Assembly: GCA_963782055.1 (NCBI GenBank)
Contig: CAWAIF010000003.1
Location: forward strand, 5,984,001 to 6,048,000
Origin: an uncultured delta proteobacterium
GTDB lineage: Bacteria > Myxococcota_A > Polyangia > Polyangiales > Polyangiaceae
DNA length: 64,000 bases
Direction: 5' to 3'
Positions 50,685 to 60,534 of this stretch are shown piece by piece. Positions within the stretch are counted from its first letter, which is position 1, and every line of letters begins with the position of its first letter. The notes below the pieces were generated by a model that was not told the origin of the DNA, made no database searches, and saw only the letters and a program-made list of their open reading frames with translations. Made by a program: the position numbers and the translations under genes.

Positions 50685-52642
50685 GAAGCCGGCGCGCTGA
50701 CCGCCGCGCCCAGCACGTCGGCGATCGCCGCCTCCAGCGCCCGCACGTCGATGGGCTTGTCCAGCACCGGGCGCCCGGACCGCGCGGAGAACTCGCGCGC
50801 GCGCGTGTCCAGCGCCCCGCCGGTCATGAAGATCATCCGCGCCTCCAGGCCGCCGAGGTGGCGCTGCACGTAGTCGTGCAGGTCCATCCCGGAGACGCCG
50901 TTCATGTGCAGGTCGCAGAGGATGACGTCGAAGCGCTCATCGGCCTCCAGGCGATCGATCGCCTCCTGTCCGCCGAGCGCCACCGCCACGTCCGGCCGGC
51001 GCAGCAGGCGCGCCACGAGGTGGGCGAGCTGCGGTTCGTCGTCGACGACGAGGAAGCGCGCGCCATCCTCCGGCGCGGCGGGTGCCTCCTCCACCGCGCC
51101 GCCGGCGCGATCGCTCTCCGGCGCCTCCGCCACGCACGGGAGCACCACGCGGAACCGGCTGCCCCGCGGGGCGTTGGGCGTCGCCGTGATGCTGCCACCG
51201 AGCGAAGAGACGATGTGCCTGGAGATGGACAGGCCCAGGCCGGTGCCTTCGCCCGCCTTGGTGGTGAAGAACGGCTCGAAGATCCGGCTCGCGTGCTCGG
51301 CCGGGATGCCCACGCCGCTGTCCACCACCTCCACCGCGATCATGCCCGGGTCCGCGGGGTGGACCTCCAGCCGGACCTGATTACCCTCGACGTCTCCCTC
51401 CGGGATCGCCTGGCCGGCGTTGACGAGCAGGTTCAGGAAGACCTGCCCGAGCCGCGCCTCGCTGCCCAGGACGAAGGGCACGTCATGGTAGGCCTTCACG
51501 AGCCGCGCGCGGTGGTGCACCTCGTGGTCGGCCATCGCCGCGCAGAGGTCGAGGACGTGGCCGAGGTCCACCGGCTCGAGCGACTCCACCGACTCGCGCG
51601 ACAGCGCCCGGAGGTCCACGACGATCGCGCGGATGCGCTCCGCACCCTCGCGGACGTTGGCGAGCAGCTCGTGGAGCTGGCGGGCGCGCTCCGGCTCCAG
51701 CGCGACGTGACCGAGCTCGCGGTCGATGAGCTCGAGCGAACCCAGGACGTAGGCGAGCGGGTTGTTGATCTCGTGGCCCACCGCGGCCGACAGGCGGCCG
51801 AGCGCCGAGAGGCGGTCGGCGGTGACGAGCTGGGCCTCCAGGCGCTTGCGCTCGCGCAGGTCGTCGATGACCCCCATCGGGCAGAGCTCCCCGCGCAGGA
51901 AGATGGGGACGGAGGTGACCTCCACCGGGATGCGCGAGCCGTCCTTGTGTGCGAGCGCGTGCTCGCGCGTCCGCACACCCGCCCGCTCCTCGGGTCGCGA
52001 TTGCATGTGGTGCTCGACGTAGGCGCGGTGAGGCACGTCGACGATGGAGAGCACGCTCGCCCCCAGCAGGTCCGCCTCCGCGTAGCCGAACACCTCGGTG
52101 AACGCGCGGTTGATCAGCACGAAGCGGGCGTCGCGATGAATCACGGCGGGCACGGGCATCGCCCGGATGAACTCCTCGAAATGCTCCTCCGACCGGCGAA
52201 GCGCCTCCTCGGCCTCGTGACGCTCGGTCACGTCGTGCGACGTCGACTGGAAGCCGGCCACGGCGCCTCCGGCGTCGCGCAGCACGTCCGTCGTGTACTC
52301 CATCCACACGTACGTGCCGTCCTTGCGACGCGCCCGGGCGGTGACCGTGGGCGCGGCGCCCGTCCGAAGCGCCTCGGCGAAGCCGGCGCGGCGAGCCTCC
52401 AGCTCCTGCGGATTGAGGAAGGCGAAGGCGTCCTGCCCGACAATCTCCTCCGGGTCGAAGCCGAGCACCTGGCGGATGGACGGGGAGACGTAGGTGACGC
52501 GCCCCTTCGCGTCGATGCGCGAGAGCACCGCGTGCGCGTTGTTGGCGAGGAGCTCGTAGCGCTCCTCCGCGTCACGTAACGCCGCTCTCGCGGCCTCCAC
52601 CTCGGCCGTGAGGCGGGCGATGGCGTCCCCGTCCCCTTCCAT
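50681..52642 (-). CDS. PAS-PAS hybrid sensor histidine kinase with C-terminal receiver
   Basis: Two PAS domains, HEINNPL, LNLLVNA, FFTTK..EGTGLGL, VVDDE...CDLHM. Confidence 0.95.
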   Translation of the reverse strand: MEGDGDAIARLTAEVEAARAALRDAEERYELLANNAHAVLSRIDAKGRVTYVSPSIRQVLGFDPEEIVGQDAFAFLNPQELEARRAGFAEALRTGAAPTVTARARRKDGTYVWMEYTTDVLRDAGGAVAGFQSTSHDVTERHEAEEALRRSEEHFEEFIRAMPVPAVIHRDARFVLINRAFTEVFGYAEADLLGASVLSIVDVPHRAYVEHHMQSRPEERAGVRTREHALAHKDGSRIPVEVTSVPIFLRGELCPMGVIDDLRERKRLEAQLVTADRLSALGRLSAAVGHEINNPLAYVLGSLELIDRELGHVALEPERARQLHELLANVREGAERIRAIVVDLRALSRESVESLEPVDLGHVLDLCAAMADHEVHHRARLVKAYHDVPFVLGSEARLGQVFLNLLVNAGQAIPEGDVEGNQVRLEVHPADPGMIAVEVVDSGVGIPAEHASRIFEPFFTTKAGEGTGLGLSISRHIVSSLGGSITATPNAPRGSRFRVVLPCVAEAPESDRAGGAVEEAPAAPEDGARFLVVDDEPQLAHLVARLLRRPDVAVALGGQEAIDRLEADERFDVILCDLHMNGVSGMDLHDYVQRHLGGLEARMIFMTGGALDTRAREFSARSGRPVLDKPIDVRALEAAIADVLGAAVSAPAS

Positions 52643-52672
52643 GCGCGGCCAGTATAGCGGAACGCCGTCTCT

Positions 52673-54001
52673 TTACTTCGGCGGTTCGGGCGGGAGGTAA
52701 TCGAGGAACGCCGCCGTCTGGTTGGGCACGCCGAAGGCCGCCGCGCAGCCGCTGAGGGACAGGCCGTTCGCGACGAAGCTGGACGCGGTGCCGGCCAGGT
52801 CCGGCTTGTTGACGACGGCGAGGTACTGCTTGCCGTAGCCCACGTAGTAGACCTTGCCGTCGGGGGCGAGCTTCGCCGCGGCGAGGCCGGTGCCGCCGAG
52901 CTTCGTCTCGGTGCTCGTCAGGAGGTCGTACTGGTAGGCGATGCCGCTCCAGCCCTCCGTCCCGCGGACGTAGTAAAGCTTGGTGCCGTCCCCGGAGTAG
53001 GAGGCGTGGAAGCCCAGGTCGCCCGTCACGATCTTCTTCACGTTGCTCAGCTTGCCCGTGGCGCGGTCGATGTCGGCCGTCGCGATCGTGCCGGTGGCAC
53101 CGCCCTCGTTGACCGCGAGCACGACGTGATCGTAGTCGTACGAGTGGTTGATCGCCGAGCGCAGCACGGTGCCGGTGATGCCGGTCTGCGACACCACGGG
53201 CGTCGTGCTCACGCCGTTGGCGGTGACGAGGAAGGCGTCGACGGAGCCCGCCCCGTCGTAGCCGAGCACCCAGAAGTCCTTGCCGTCCGAGTGCGGGAGC
53301 ATGTCGAGCGCCTCGCCCACGTTGCCGGCGTGCAGGAGCTGGTTCTTCTGGGTGACGGTGCCGTGCGCGCCCTGGTTGAGGTCGATCGTCGAGTAGTAGA
53401 TGTTGCCCGTCGGCGACGAGTCGCTGGCGTAGTCGACGCTGAACACGTAGAAGGTGCCGCCGTTCTGGCTCTGCTTCGGCGTGATGAGCGCGGGCTCGCT
53501 CGCGCTCGGCTGGCCGTTCACGCCGCCGCCGTTGGCGAGCAGGGTGTTGTCCACGCCGTTCCAGATGCTGATGCCGTCGGTGTAAAAGAGGAGGGTGCCG
53601 TCGGTCGGGTCGGTGAAGACCGCGGTGCCCTCGTTGCCGCTGGAGGTGGGCACGGGCGGCCCGCAGGTGACGACGGGTGTCCCCGGCTTGCGGAAGTCGA
53701 TGAGGGTGTCCTTGCCGTTGCCCGTCGGCTCGCCGGTGATGAACCAGACCTGCTCGAGCGTCAGGCTGCTCACCGGCTTCGCCGGGCCGGAGGCCTCGAC
53801 GGGCTGCGCGTCGCTCGGGTTGAACACGACGTCGTCGACCGTGCCGCCGTCGCCGGGCGGGATGCTCCCGTCGTCCCCGGGGGTGGTTCCGCCGTCGAAG
53901 GTGCTCTGGTCGTCGGAGCTGCCGCAGCTCAGCGCCGCGAAGGAAGCGCCCAGGCCCACCACCACCACGCTCGCAACAAAGGTCCAGCGTCTCATCGTCA
54001 C
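52673..54001 (-). CDS. Beta-propeller lipoprotein
   Basis: ALSC lipobox; EGTAVFTD..GTLLFYTDG, YSGDGTKLY, LAPDGKVY, FGVPN. Confidence 0.75.
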   Translation of the reverse strand: MTMRRWTFVASVVVVGLGASFAALSCGSSDDQSTFDGGTTPGDDGSIPPGDGGTVDDVVFNPSDAQPVEASGPAKPVSSLTLEQVWFITGEPTGNGKDTLIDFRKPGTPVVTCGPPVPTSSGNEGTAVFTDPTDGTLLFYTDGISIWNGVDNTLLANGGGVNGQPSASEPALITPKQSQNGGTFYVFSVDYASDSSPTGNIYYSTIDLNQGAHGTVTQKNQLLHAGNVGEALDMLPHSDGKDFWVLGYDGAGSVDAFLVTANGVSTTPVVSQTGITGTVLRSAINHSYDYDHVVLAVNEGGATGTIATADIDRATGKLSNVKKIVTGDLGFHASYSGDGTKLYYVRGTEGWSGIAYQYDLLTSTETKLGGTGLAAAKLAPDGKVYYVGYGKQYLAVVNKPDLAGTASSFVANGLSLSGCAAAFGVPNQTAAFLDYLPPEPPK

Positions 54002-54098
54002 CCCGCCAGTTGAGCCTCGAGGTTAGCACCCGACCTGTGGCGTGTCGCGGCCGCCCCAGAAGACGCGTGTGGGGGAACGTGGGTGTCACCCGGCCGCC

Positions 54099-55652
54099 AT
54101 GAAGGCGTCACCCTCGCGCCCCCGGCGGGGTAGAGTGCGAGGTCTGGTGCTTCGCGAGCTTGGCCTGCTCTTCCTGGTCGCGTGCGGGAGTCAGGGGTTC
54201 GGTCCCCCCGACGCCTCGCCGTCCGACGACGCCGGCGACGCCGCGAGCGACGCGGGCCCGACATGTCCGGCGGGGCAGGCCTTCTGCGGCGGCGCCTGCA
54301 TCGACGTGACGGCCGACGACGCCAACTGCGGCGGCTGCGGCGTGACGTGCGCCGGCGCCCAGCACTGCGGCGGCGGCGCCTGCCGCGCGTCGAACATCCA
54401 GCACGTGGTGCTCATCGTGCAGGAGAACCACACCTTCGACGCGTACTTCGGCCGCTTCTGCCAGGCGCCCGCGGGCTCCAACCCCACCTGCACGAGCGGG
54501 CCGTCGTGCTGCGAGCGCGCCCCCGACAAGGAGCCCGGCGGGGCCTCGCCCGTCGCCCTCGACGACTCGTCCAACTTCGCCAAGGACCGCGATCACCAGC
54601 AGGCCTGCGAGCTGCAGCAGATCGACGACGGGAAGATGGACCGCTTCGTCACCGGGAGCACCGGCTCCGACACCTGCCTCGGGTCGGGCCCCGCGTGCGC
54701 GAGCGCGGACAACTTCGCCCTCGCCGACGCGAGCACCGTCGGTGGCTACTGGTTCATGGCCGACAACGGAGCCCTCGCCGACCGGTACTTCCAGCCCATC
54801 GCCGGGAGCTCCTCGTCGAACGACATGTACTTCGCGACCGCCCACTACCAGTTCACCGACAACGAGGCGATGCCGGAGGCGATCGGCTCGCCGGTGGGCT
54901 GCACGCAGGGCGTGTGCGTCACCGGAAAGCCCACGACGTTCTCCGGCCGGACGACCATCGCCGACCTGCTCCTCGCCGCGGGCAAGACCTTCACCGTCTA
55001 CGCCGACGGCTTCGCCCACTCCGCCGCCGCCGCGCCCTCGTGCGAGAGCGTCCCGCCCGACTGCACCTACAACACGATCCTGCACCCCATCGCCGCGCAG
55101 GCCTGCAAGTACGACGCCTCCGACATCCCCTTCGCGTACTACACGCAGTTCGCCGACGGCCCGCACATCGTCGACTACGGCCAGCTCGCCGAGGACGTGA
55201 CGAAGGGCGCGCTGCCGAGCTTCGCGTACGTCAAGGCGCGCGGCTTCCACAACGAGCACCCAAACGTCTCCACCATCAGCGACGGCATCGCCTTCGTCGA
55301 CGCCACCGTGAAGACCATCGAGAGCTCATCGTACGCGAGCTCGACGCTCGTCCTGCTCACCTGGGACGAGGGCGGAGGCTTCTTCGACCACGTCGCGCCG
55401 CCGCCCGCCATCGACACCGACGACGCGTCGAAGCCCGTCCCGTATGGCACGCGCGTCCCCCTGATCGCCATCGGCCCCTTCGCGAGGAAGGGCGCGGTCT
55501 CGCACGTCACGATGGAGCACTCGTCGGTCGTGCGCTTCCTCGAGTACAACTTCCTCGGCCCCGTCGGGCAGCTCGACCACGACGACGCGAAGGTCGCCAA
55601 CCTCGGTAGCCTGCTCGACCCGACGAAGACCGGGGTCCCCATCCCCGAGTAG
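54099..55652 (+). CDS. Phosphoesterase / phospholipase C family lipoprotein with Cys-rich N-terminal repeat
   Basis: LVAC, C...D.ANCGGCG..C repeat, QENHTFDAYFG, NEHP, TWDEGGGFFDHVAPP, YGTRVP. The real start may be GTG 54147. Confidence 0.9.
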   Translation: MKASPSRPRRGRVRGLVLRELGLLFLVACGSQGFGPPDASPSDDAGDAASDAGPTCPAGQAFCGGACIDVTADDANCGGCGVTCAGAQHCGGGACRASNIQHVVLIVQENHTFDAYFGRFCQAPAGSNPTCTSGPSCCERAPDKEPGGASPVALDDSSNFAKDRDHQQACELQQIDDGKMDRFVTGSTGSDTCLGSGPACASADNFALADASTVGGYWFMADNGALADRYFQPIAGSSSSNDMYFATAHYQFTDNEAMPEAIGSPVGCTQGVCVTGKPTTFSGRTTIADLLLAAGKTFTVYADGFAHSAAAAPSCESVPPDCTYNTILHPIAAQACKYDASDIPFAYYTQFADGPHIVDYGQLAEDVTKGALPSFAYVKARGFHNEHPNVSTISDGIAFVDATVKTIESSSYASSTLVLLTWDEGGGFFDHVAPPPAIDTDDASKPVPYGTRVPLIAIGPFARKGAVSHVTMEHSSVVRFLEYNFLGPVGQLDHDDAKVANLGSLLDPTKTGVPIPE

Positions 55653-55686
55653 CTCCACGCCCGCCGCGAAGGCCGGGCATCCCCGT

Positions 55687-56460
55687 TCACTTCGGGACGG
55701 GGGGATCACCACCGTGTTGATCGGCTGCACGCTCGCGCCCGCCGGGTAGGCGTAGCTCACGGCTTCGGAGAAGAAGCCGGTCGAGGCGTTCGACCCCCAG
55801 CCCCACACCGTCAGGCCGAAGGTCGCGTCGCTGTGCACCTCGTGGCGGCCGTTGTCGCAGCCGTTGACCTTCTGGAAGTTGCCCGTCACCAGGTCCACGC
55901 GGGTGTACTCGTACTGCCCGCTGCCGCCGACGGGCTGCCAGCCCTTGAGCACGCCCGCGCAGTCCAGCGTCACGTCGTGGAACTGGGCGTCGTTCCCCTT
56001 GCGCCGCACGAAGACCAGGTTGGTCTCGGGGTACGTCGGGTCGGTGAAGAAGATGTACGAGGCGAGGTACTGCTCCGGCGGGATGACGTCGACGAACTCG
56101 GGGTCCCCCGCGCAGCCGACGGGAGAGCCGTAGTTGCCCGGCAGGGTGAAGCAGCCGGTCATGTGGCCCCCGAGGAAGAAGGGGTGCTTGTCGTCCTGGC
56201 TCTTCACGACGAAGGGCGGGCCGGCCGCGTCGAACTCCACCACCTGCCCGCTGTCGATGGTGGCGGGCGCGCCGGCCACCTGCGGATCGTAGGTGAGCTT
56301 GGTGCCGTCCACCGCGCCGACGATGCGCCACGGCGGCGACTCCGGGTTGCCCTTCAGGCGATCGCGGTAGTGCGCGGCGACGTACTCGTGGCCCAGCGCC
56401 TTCACCGGCGGGATCTCCTGGTGCATGCCGTCGCACGCCGGCTGCTCCAGGTTGGTGCAG
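55687..56460 (-). pseudogene. 5'-truncated IgGFc-binding-domain protein
   Basis: HQEIPPVKALGHEY, WRIVGAVDGT.LTYDP, GDPEFV..IPPEQYL..Y.FFTDPTYPET, VSYAYPAG. No signal peptide or N-terminal half, and no room before the S8 gene. A 1-nt homopolymer deficit near 55700 hides the VPK* end. Confidence 0.75.
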
Positions 56461-56482
56461 CGTAGCAGCTCGGGGCGCCGGA

Positions 56483-58933
56483 TCAGGCGCGCTTTCGGCG
56501 GACGAGCGCCAGCCCGAGCACGGCGGCGAGCGGAAGGAGCAGGTCGCCCGGCCCGCCCCCGGCGGCCGAGCACGCGCCCTTGGCGGAGGGCGTGTAGTTC
56601 GCCGACCAGGCATCGGTCGCGATGGGGATGGTCACCGGCTGCACGACGTTCTGCCCATCGAAACTCGCGCCGAGCGTGAGGGCCTTGCCGCCGAGGCCCG
56701 GCGGAAGTGTCACGCGGAAGGTGAAGAGGCCCGGCGCGACGCCACGCGTCATCACGGGCGCGGGGACCACCGGCCTCCCCAGCACCGTCGCGATGGGCTG
56801 CAGGCGGGAGATGTCGAAGAGGGCGGCGCGCTTGCCCTCGGCGGATCGCAGCTCGAGGATCGCGGTGAGGGGCGTCGAGCCGTCGGCGGTCGCGTAGTCC
56901 GCGCTGAGGGTGAGCCAGCTCGCGTCGGGGCTGGGGAGCGCCAGCGCGGGATCATGCATCTCGTCCAGGGCATCGAGCGCGCCCAGGCCGTCCAGCTCGC
57001 CCACCCCCGCCTGATCGTAGAACGGCGCCGGCCCCCGGAAGCGGTGCGCGCCCGTCTGCAGGAGCGCGCGCAGCTCGTCCTCGGTGAGGGTGGGGTCCTG
57101 CTGGAAGAGGAGCGCGATGACGCCGGCCACCATCGGCGACGACATGGACGTGCCCTGCGCGACGGCGTGGCGGTCGTCCACCTGCAGGCACCGGGGGTCG
57201 ACCTTCCCGGTGCTCTTGCTCGGGGGGCACTGCGTCGTGAAGATGCTGGTCGGCTCGCCCGGCAGCGCCTTCTGGCTCATCGCACCGATCACCGCCGCGC
57301 CGGGCGCCACGATGTCCGGCTTGGGCACGCCCAGCACGTTCGGCCCGGCGCTGGAGAAGTAGCAGATCTCGCCCGACGTCAGCAGCACGCGCTTGGTGGG
57401 ATCGCTGGGGTCGGCGGGGCCACCGCCCACGTCGTCGAGCACCGGCTCGGTGAGCGCGACGGTCTGCCCGGCCTGCGACTTCCAGCTGGGGCTGTTGACC
57501 GAGCAGCCCACCCCGATGATCCCGGGCGCGGTGGCGGGCAGGTTGATGGTGCCCTCGCGCACCGCCGCGGAGAAGTGCGCAGGTGTCTGGCCCTCCAGCG
57601 CCGCGTCGCCGGTGCCCTGCAGGTAGAGCTCGGCGATGCCGTGCCCGGAGAGCGTGACGGCGTAGGTGCCCGCCGGCCACTTGCCCGACCAGAGGACCAC
57701 CGCCCCCCGCGAGCCCTCGGGGACGGGGCTGCCGGAGAGGCCGCTGCCGTAGATGACGCCCGCGTTGTAGCCGTCGCCGTTCTTCCCCTGCTCGTTGCCC
57801 TCCGAGACGGGGCCGATCCACGAGCCGTCGGGGCCATCCAGGCCGATGTTCATGTCCGCCCCGGGCCTCAGCGCGACCCAGATCTGGACCGCGCCGCTCT
57901 GCGCGCCGTAGGTGGTGACCGGGACGCGCACCACCGGACCGTCGGTGACGTGCACGCTCTGGTGGATGGGCGTGTCGAGGATGGATCCGCTGTTGCCCGC
58001 CGCGGCCACCAGCGCGTGACCGGGGTGGTCGGGGCCGACGTACGAGGCCAGCGTCTGCTCCCAGAGCGAGTTGCCGTCGTGGGAGCCGAAGTCGGTGCCC
58101 AGCGAGAAGTTGGCGACGACCGGCATGCCCATGGCGTCGCCGCGGTCGAAGATGAACTGCGCGCCGCGCAAGGAGTCGTCGTTCTCGATGGTGCCGGAGG
58201 CGTCGCGCGTGACGCGGACGATGATGAGGCCTGCGTTCGGCGCCATGCCGATGTAGGGCGTGCCGCCGCCGTTGCCCGCGGCGATGGAGGCCACGTGCGT
58301 GCCGTGGCCGTTGTCGTCCTCCGGGAGCACGTCGCCCGTGGACATCAGCTCGTCGATGTCCGCGCCGGTGAGCACCGCGCCCTTCTGCAGCACCCCGTTC
58401 TGGTCCTTGACGCCGTACTTGTCCTCCAGCTCGGGGTGCTTGCCGAGCGGCTTCATCGAGAGGTCCAGCATCCACGCGACGCGCGACTTGTTCGTCACCG
58501 GATCGCGGAAGTCGGGGAGCGTGGGGTCGAGGCCGGTGTCGGCGATGCCCACCAGCGTGCCCGCGCCGTCCGCGCCGCGCTGCTTGCGCGCGATGTCCAC
58601 GTGCGTCCACTTCTGCGCGAAGAGCAGCAGCGTGTGCAGCGGCGGCGACACCTCCACCTGCAGGTCGGGGTGCGCCGCGCCGAAGGCGACGACCGTCTGC
58701 GGATCCCCCCGCAGCCGGCCGATGCCCGGGGCCACCGCGTCCAGCCCCAGGTCGGCGGCGTGCGTCCCCGCCGGCAGCTTCACCAGCGCGCCGATCTGCC
58801 CGGAGACCGGGGCGAAGGCCTCCCTCGCGTGGGAGCCCATCAGCCGGACCATGGCGACCCCGCCCGGAGGCTGCGCCGCGGCGACGGCCGGGAGCGCCAT
58901 CACCATGGCCGTGAGGGCGAGCAGGCGTCGCAT
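56483..58933 (-). CDS. S8 subtilisin-like serine protease with MYXO-CTERM-like tail
   Basis: Catalytic triad motifs IADTG, HGTHVAS, GTSMSSP; signal peptide; C-terminal ACSA...hydrophobic...RRKRA. Confidence 0.95.
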   Translation of the reverse strand: MRRLLALTAMVMALPAVAAAQPPGGVAMVRLMGSHAREAFAPVSGQIGALVKLPAGTHAADLGLDAVAPGIGRLRGDPQTVVAFGAAHPDLQVEVSPPLHTLLLFAQKWTHVDIARKQRGADGAGTLVGIADTGLDPTLPDFRDPVTNKSRVAWMLDLSMKPLGKHPELEDKYGVKDQNGVLQKGAVLTGADIDELMSTGDVLPEDDNGHGTHVASIAAGNGGGTPYIGMAPNAGLIIVRVTRDASGTIENDDSLRGAQFIFDRGDAMGMPVVANFSLGTDFGSHDGNSLWEQTLASYVGPDHPGHALVAAAGNSGSILDTPIHQSVHVTDGPVVRVPVTTYGAQSGAVQIWVALRPGADMNIGLDGPDGSWIGPVSEGNEQGKNGDGYNAGVIYGSGLSGSPVPEGSRGAVVLWSGKWPAGTYAVTLSGHGIAELYLQGTGDAALEGQTPAHFSAAVREGTINLPATAPGIIGVGCSVNSPSWKSQAGQTVALTEPVLDDVGGGPADPSDPTKRVLLTSGEICYFSSAGPNVLGVPKPDIVAPGAAVIGAMSQKALPGEPTSIFTTQCPPSKSTGKVDPRCLQVDDRHAVAQGTSMSSPMVAGVIALLFQQDPTLTEDELRALLQTGAHRFRGPAPFYDQAGVGELDGLGALDALDEMHDPALALPSPDASWLTLSADYATADGSTPLTAILELRSAEGKRAALFDISRLQPIATVLGRPVVPAPVMTRGVAPGLFTFRVTLPPGLGGKALTLGASFDGQNVVQPVTIPIATDAWSANYTPSAKGACSAAGGGPGDLLLPLAAVLGLALVRRKRA

Positions 58934-59053
58934 CCGCCGGAGCATACCCCACCCGTCGCCGGGGCGGCACGCGCGCCCCCACCCCAGCGAGGTGAATTCA
59001 CCCACCTTCCCTCGGCCTGCGGCCTCGGCCGGCGGCGTTCTTCGCCCGGAGAC

Positions 59054-60496
59054 TTGCCATCGTGGGGTGCCTCGGCCAGCCTTTGCGGTCTGACCCTCCC
59101 TGCGAGCGTTTCCATCACTGTGTCGGTCGTGGGGGTGCTCTTCGCTCTCCTCACGCTCGGCCTTTCCGTCGGCCCGGGGTGGCGCGAGCTGCGCTCGTTC
59201 GCCCTCTGCGCGGGGCTCGGGGCGCTCTTCTCCGTGTCCAACGTGCTGGTGACGCTGCACCCGCCGGCGGCGGTCACCCTCCTTCTCTCGCACGCGTCCA
59301 TCGCCGTCGCTGGCCTGCACGGGAGCGCGTGGTTCGCCTACTCGGCACGGCAGGATGACCGCCGTCTGGTGGGCTGGGAGCGCGTGCTGGTGGGCGGCGC
59401 GCTGGTGCTGTCGGTCGTGGCGCTGATCCCCGGCGTCCTCGTCGGCGACCATGTGCGCTCGCGCGCGGTCCCCGCGCTGGGCGTCGTCTACCGTGACGGC
59501 GAGCCCACCGGCCTCGGCGTCGTGTGCTTCGCGTACTTCACCGGCGCGCTCGTCATCCTCATCGCACGCTACGCGCGCAAGTGGCGCGCCGGCGAGCGCG
59601 GGGCGGCCTCCCACGTGGTGGGCCTGTCCGCGCTCACCCTCGGGGGCCTGCTGGACAGCCTGGCGATGGAGGGCTTCTCGCCGCTCCCCTACCTCCTGGA
59701 CTTCGGCTTCCTCATCCTCGTCGTGGCGGTTGGCTCGTCGCTGGTCTCGCGCTTCGTCCGCGCGGCGCGCGCGCTGGAGGACTCCTCGCGGCAGCTCTCC
59801 GACACGCAGGCCGAGCTGGTGCGCCGCGAGCGCCTCGCCGCGCTCGGCGAGATGGCGGCCGTCGTCGCCCACGAGGTCCGCAACCCCGTGGGCGTCATCT
59901 TCAACGCGATCGCGTCGCTCAAGCGCCTCCCGCCCAGCTCCGCGGGCGCCGGCGATCTGCTGCACATCGTCGAGGAGGAGGCCGAGCGCCTCAAGCACAT
60001 GGTCTCCGAGCTGCTGGAGTTCGCCCGACCACGCGCGCTGCGGCTGCGCGCCGCGTCGCTGGAGTCGCTCCTGGCCGGCGCCGTCGAGGCCGCGCAGTAC
60101 GGCAACCACGACCCGGAGGTGGAGGGGGTGCAGATGTCGGTGGAGGGGGAGTCGCCGGCGATCGTCTGCGACGAGCAGCTCGTGCGGCAGGCGGTGATCA
60201 ACCTGGTCACCAACGCGTTGGAGGCGCCGCACCGCCGGAGCCCGGTGCGCGTGTGCGCGAAGGCGGAGGGCGCGCAGGTGGAGATCGCGGTCATCGACGA
60301 CGGCGATGGCGTGCCGCGGGAGATCGCCGACCGCATCTTCGTCCCCTTCTTCACCACCCGCCCGACGGGCACCGGCCTGGGCCTGCCGCTGGTGCAGCGG
60401 ATCGCCGAGGCGCACGGCGGCACGGTGGGCCTGCGGGCCACGCGAGGCGGGGGCGCGACCTTCGTGCTCTGCCTGCCGGTGCGCACCCGCGCCTGA
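59054..60496 (+). CDS. Membrane-bound sensor histidine kinase (multi-TM input domain)
   Basis: About 7 TMs, AHEVRNP, INLVTNA, FFTTRPTGTGLGL. Start uncertain (59054-59120). Confidence 0.88.
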   Translation: MPSWGASASLCGLTLPASVSITVSVVGVLFALLTLGLSVGPGWRELRSFALCAGLGALFSVSNVLVTLHPPAAVTLLLSHASIAVAGLHGSAWFAYSARQDDRRLVGWERVLVGGALVLSVVALIPGVLVGDHVRSRAVPALGVVYRDGEPTGLGVVCFAYFTGALVILIARYARKWRAGERGAASHVVGLSALTLGGLLDSLAMEGFSPLPYLLDFGFLILVVAVGSSLVSRFVRAARALEDSSRQLSDTQAELVRRERLAALGEMAAVVAHEVRNPVGVIFNAIASLKRLPPSSAGAGDLLHIVEEEAERLKHMVSELLEFARPRALRLRAASLESLLAGAVEAAQYGNHDPEVEGVQMSVEGESPAIVCDEQLVRQAVINLVTNALEAPHRRSPVRVCAKAEGAQVEIAVIDDGDGVPREIADRIFVPFFTTRPTGTGLGLPLVQRIAEAHGGTVGLRATRGGGATFVLCLPVRTRA

Positions 60497-60534
60497 GAGC
60501 GACCCACGCGGGCCGACGTGCTACATCGCGCGGC

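Noticed and set aside
48998..52579. 1193-aa plus-strand ORF
   Set aside because: Arg/Pro-rich shadow frame of the phosphoesterase plus antisense of the PAS kinase; no recognisable motifs.
56483..60496. 1310-aa (-) and 1180-aa (+) overlapping giant ORFs
   Set aside because: Each is one real gene (S8 protease or kinase) extended by the stop-free antisense frame of the other, which is common in high-GC DNA.
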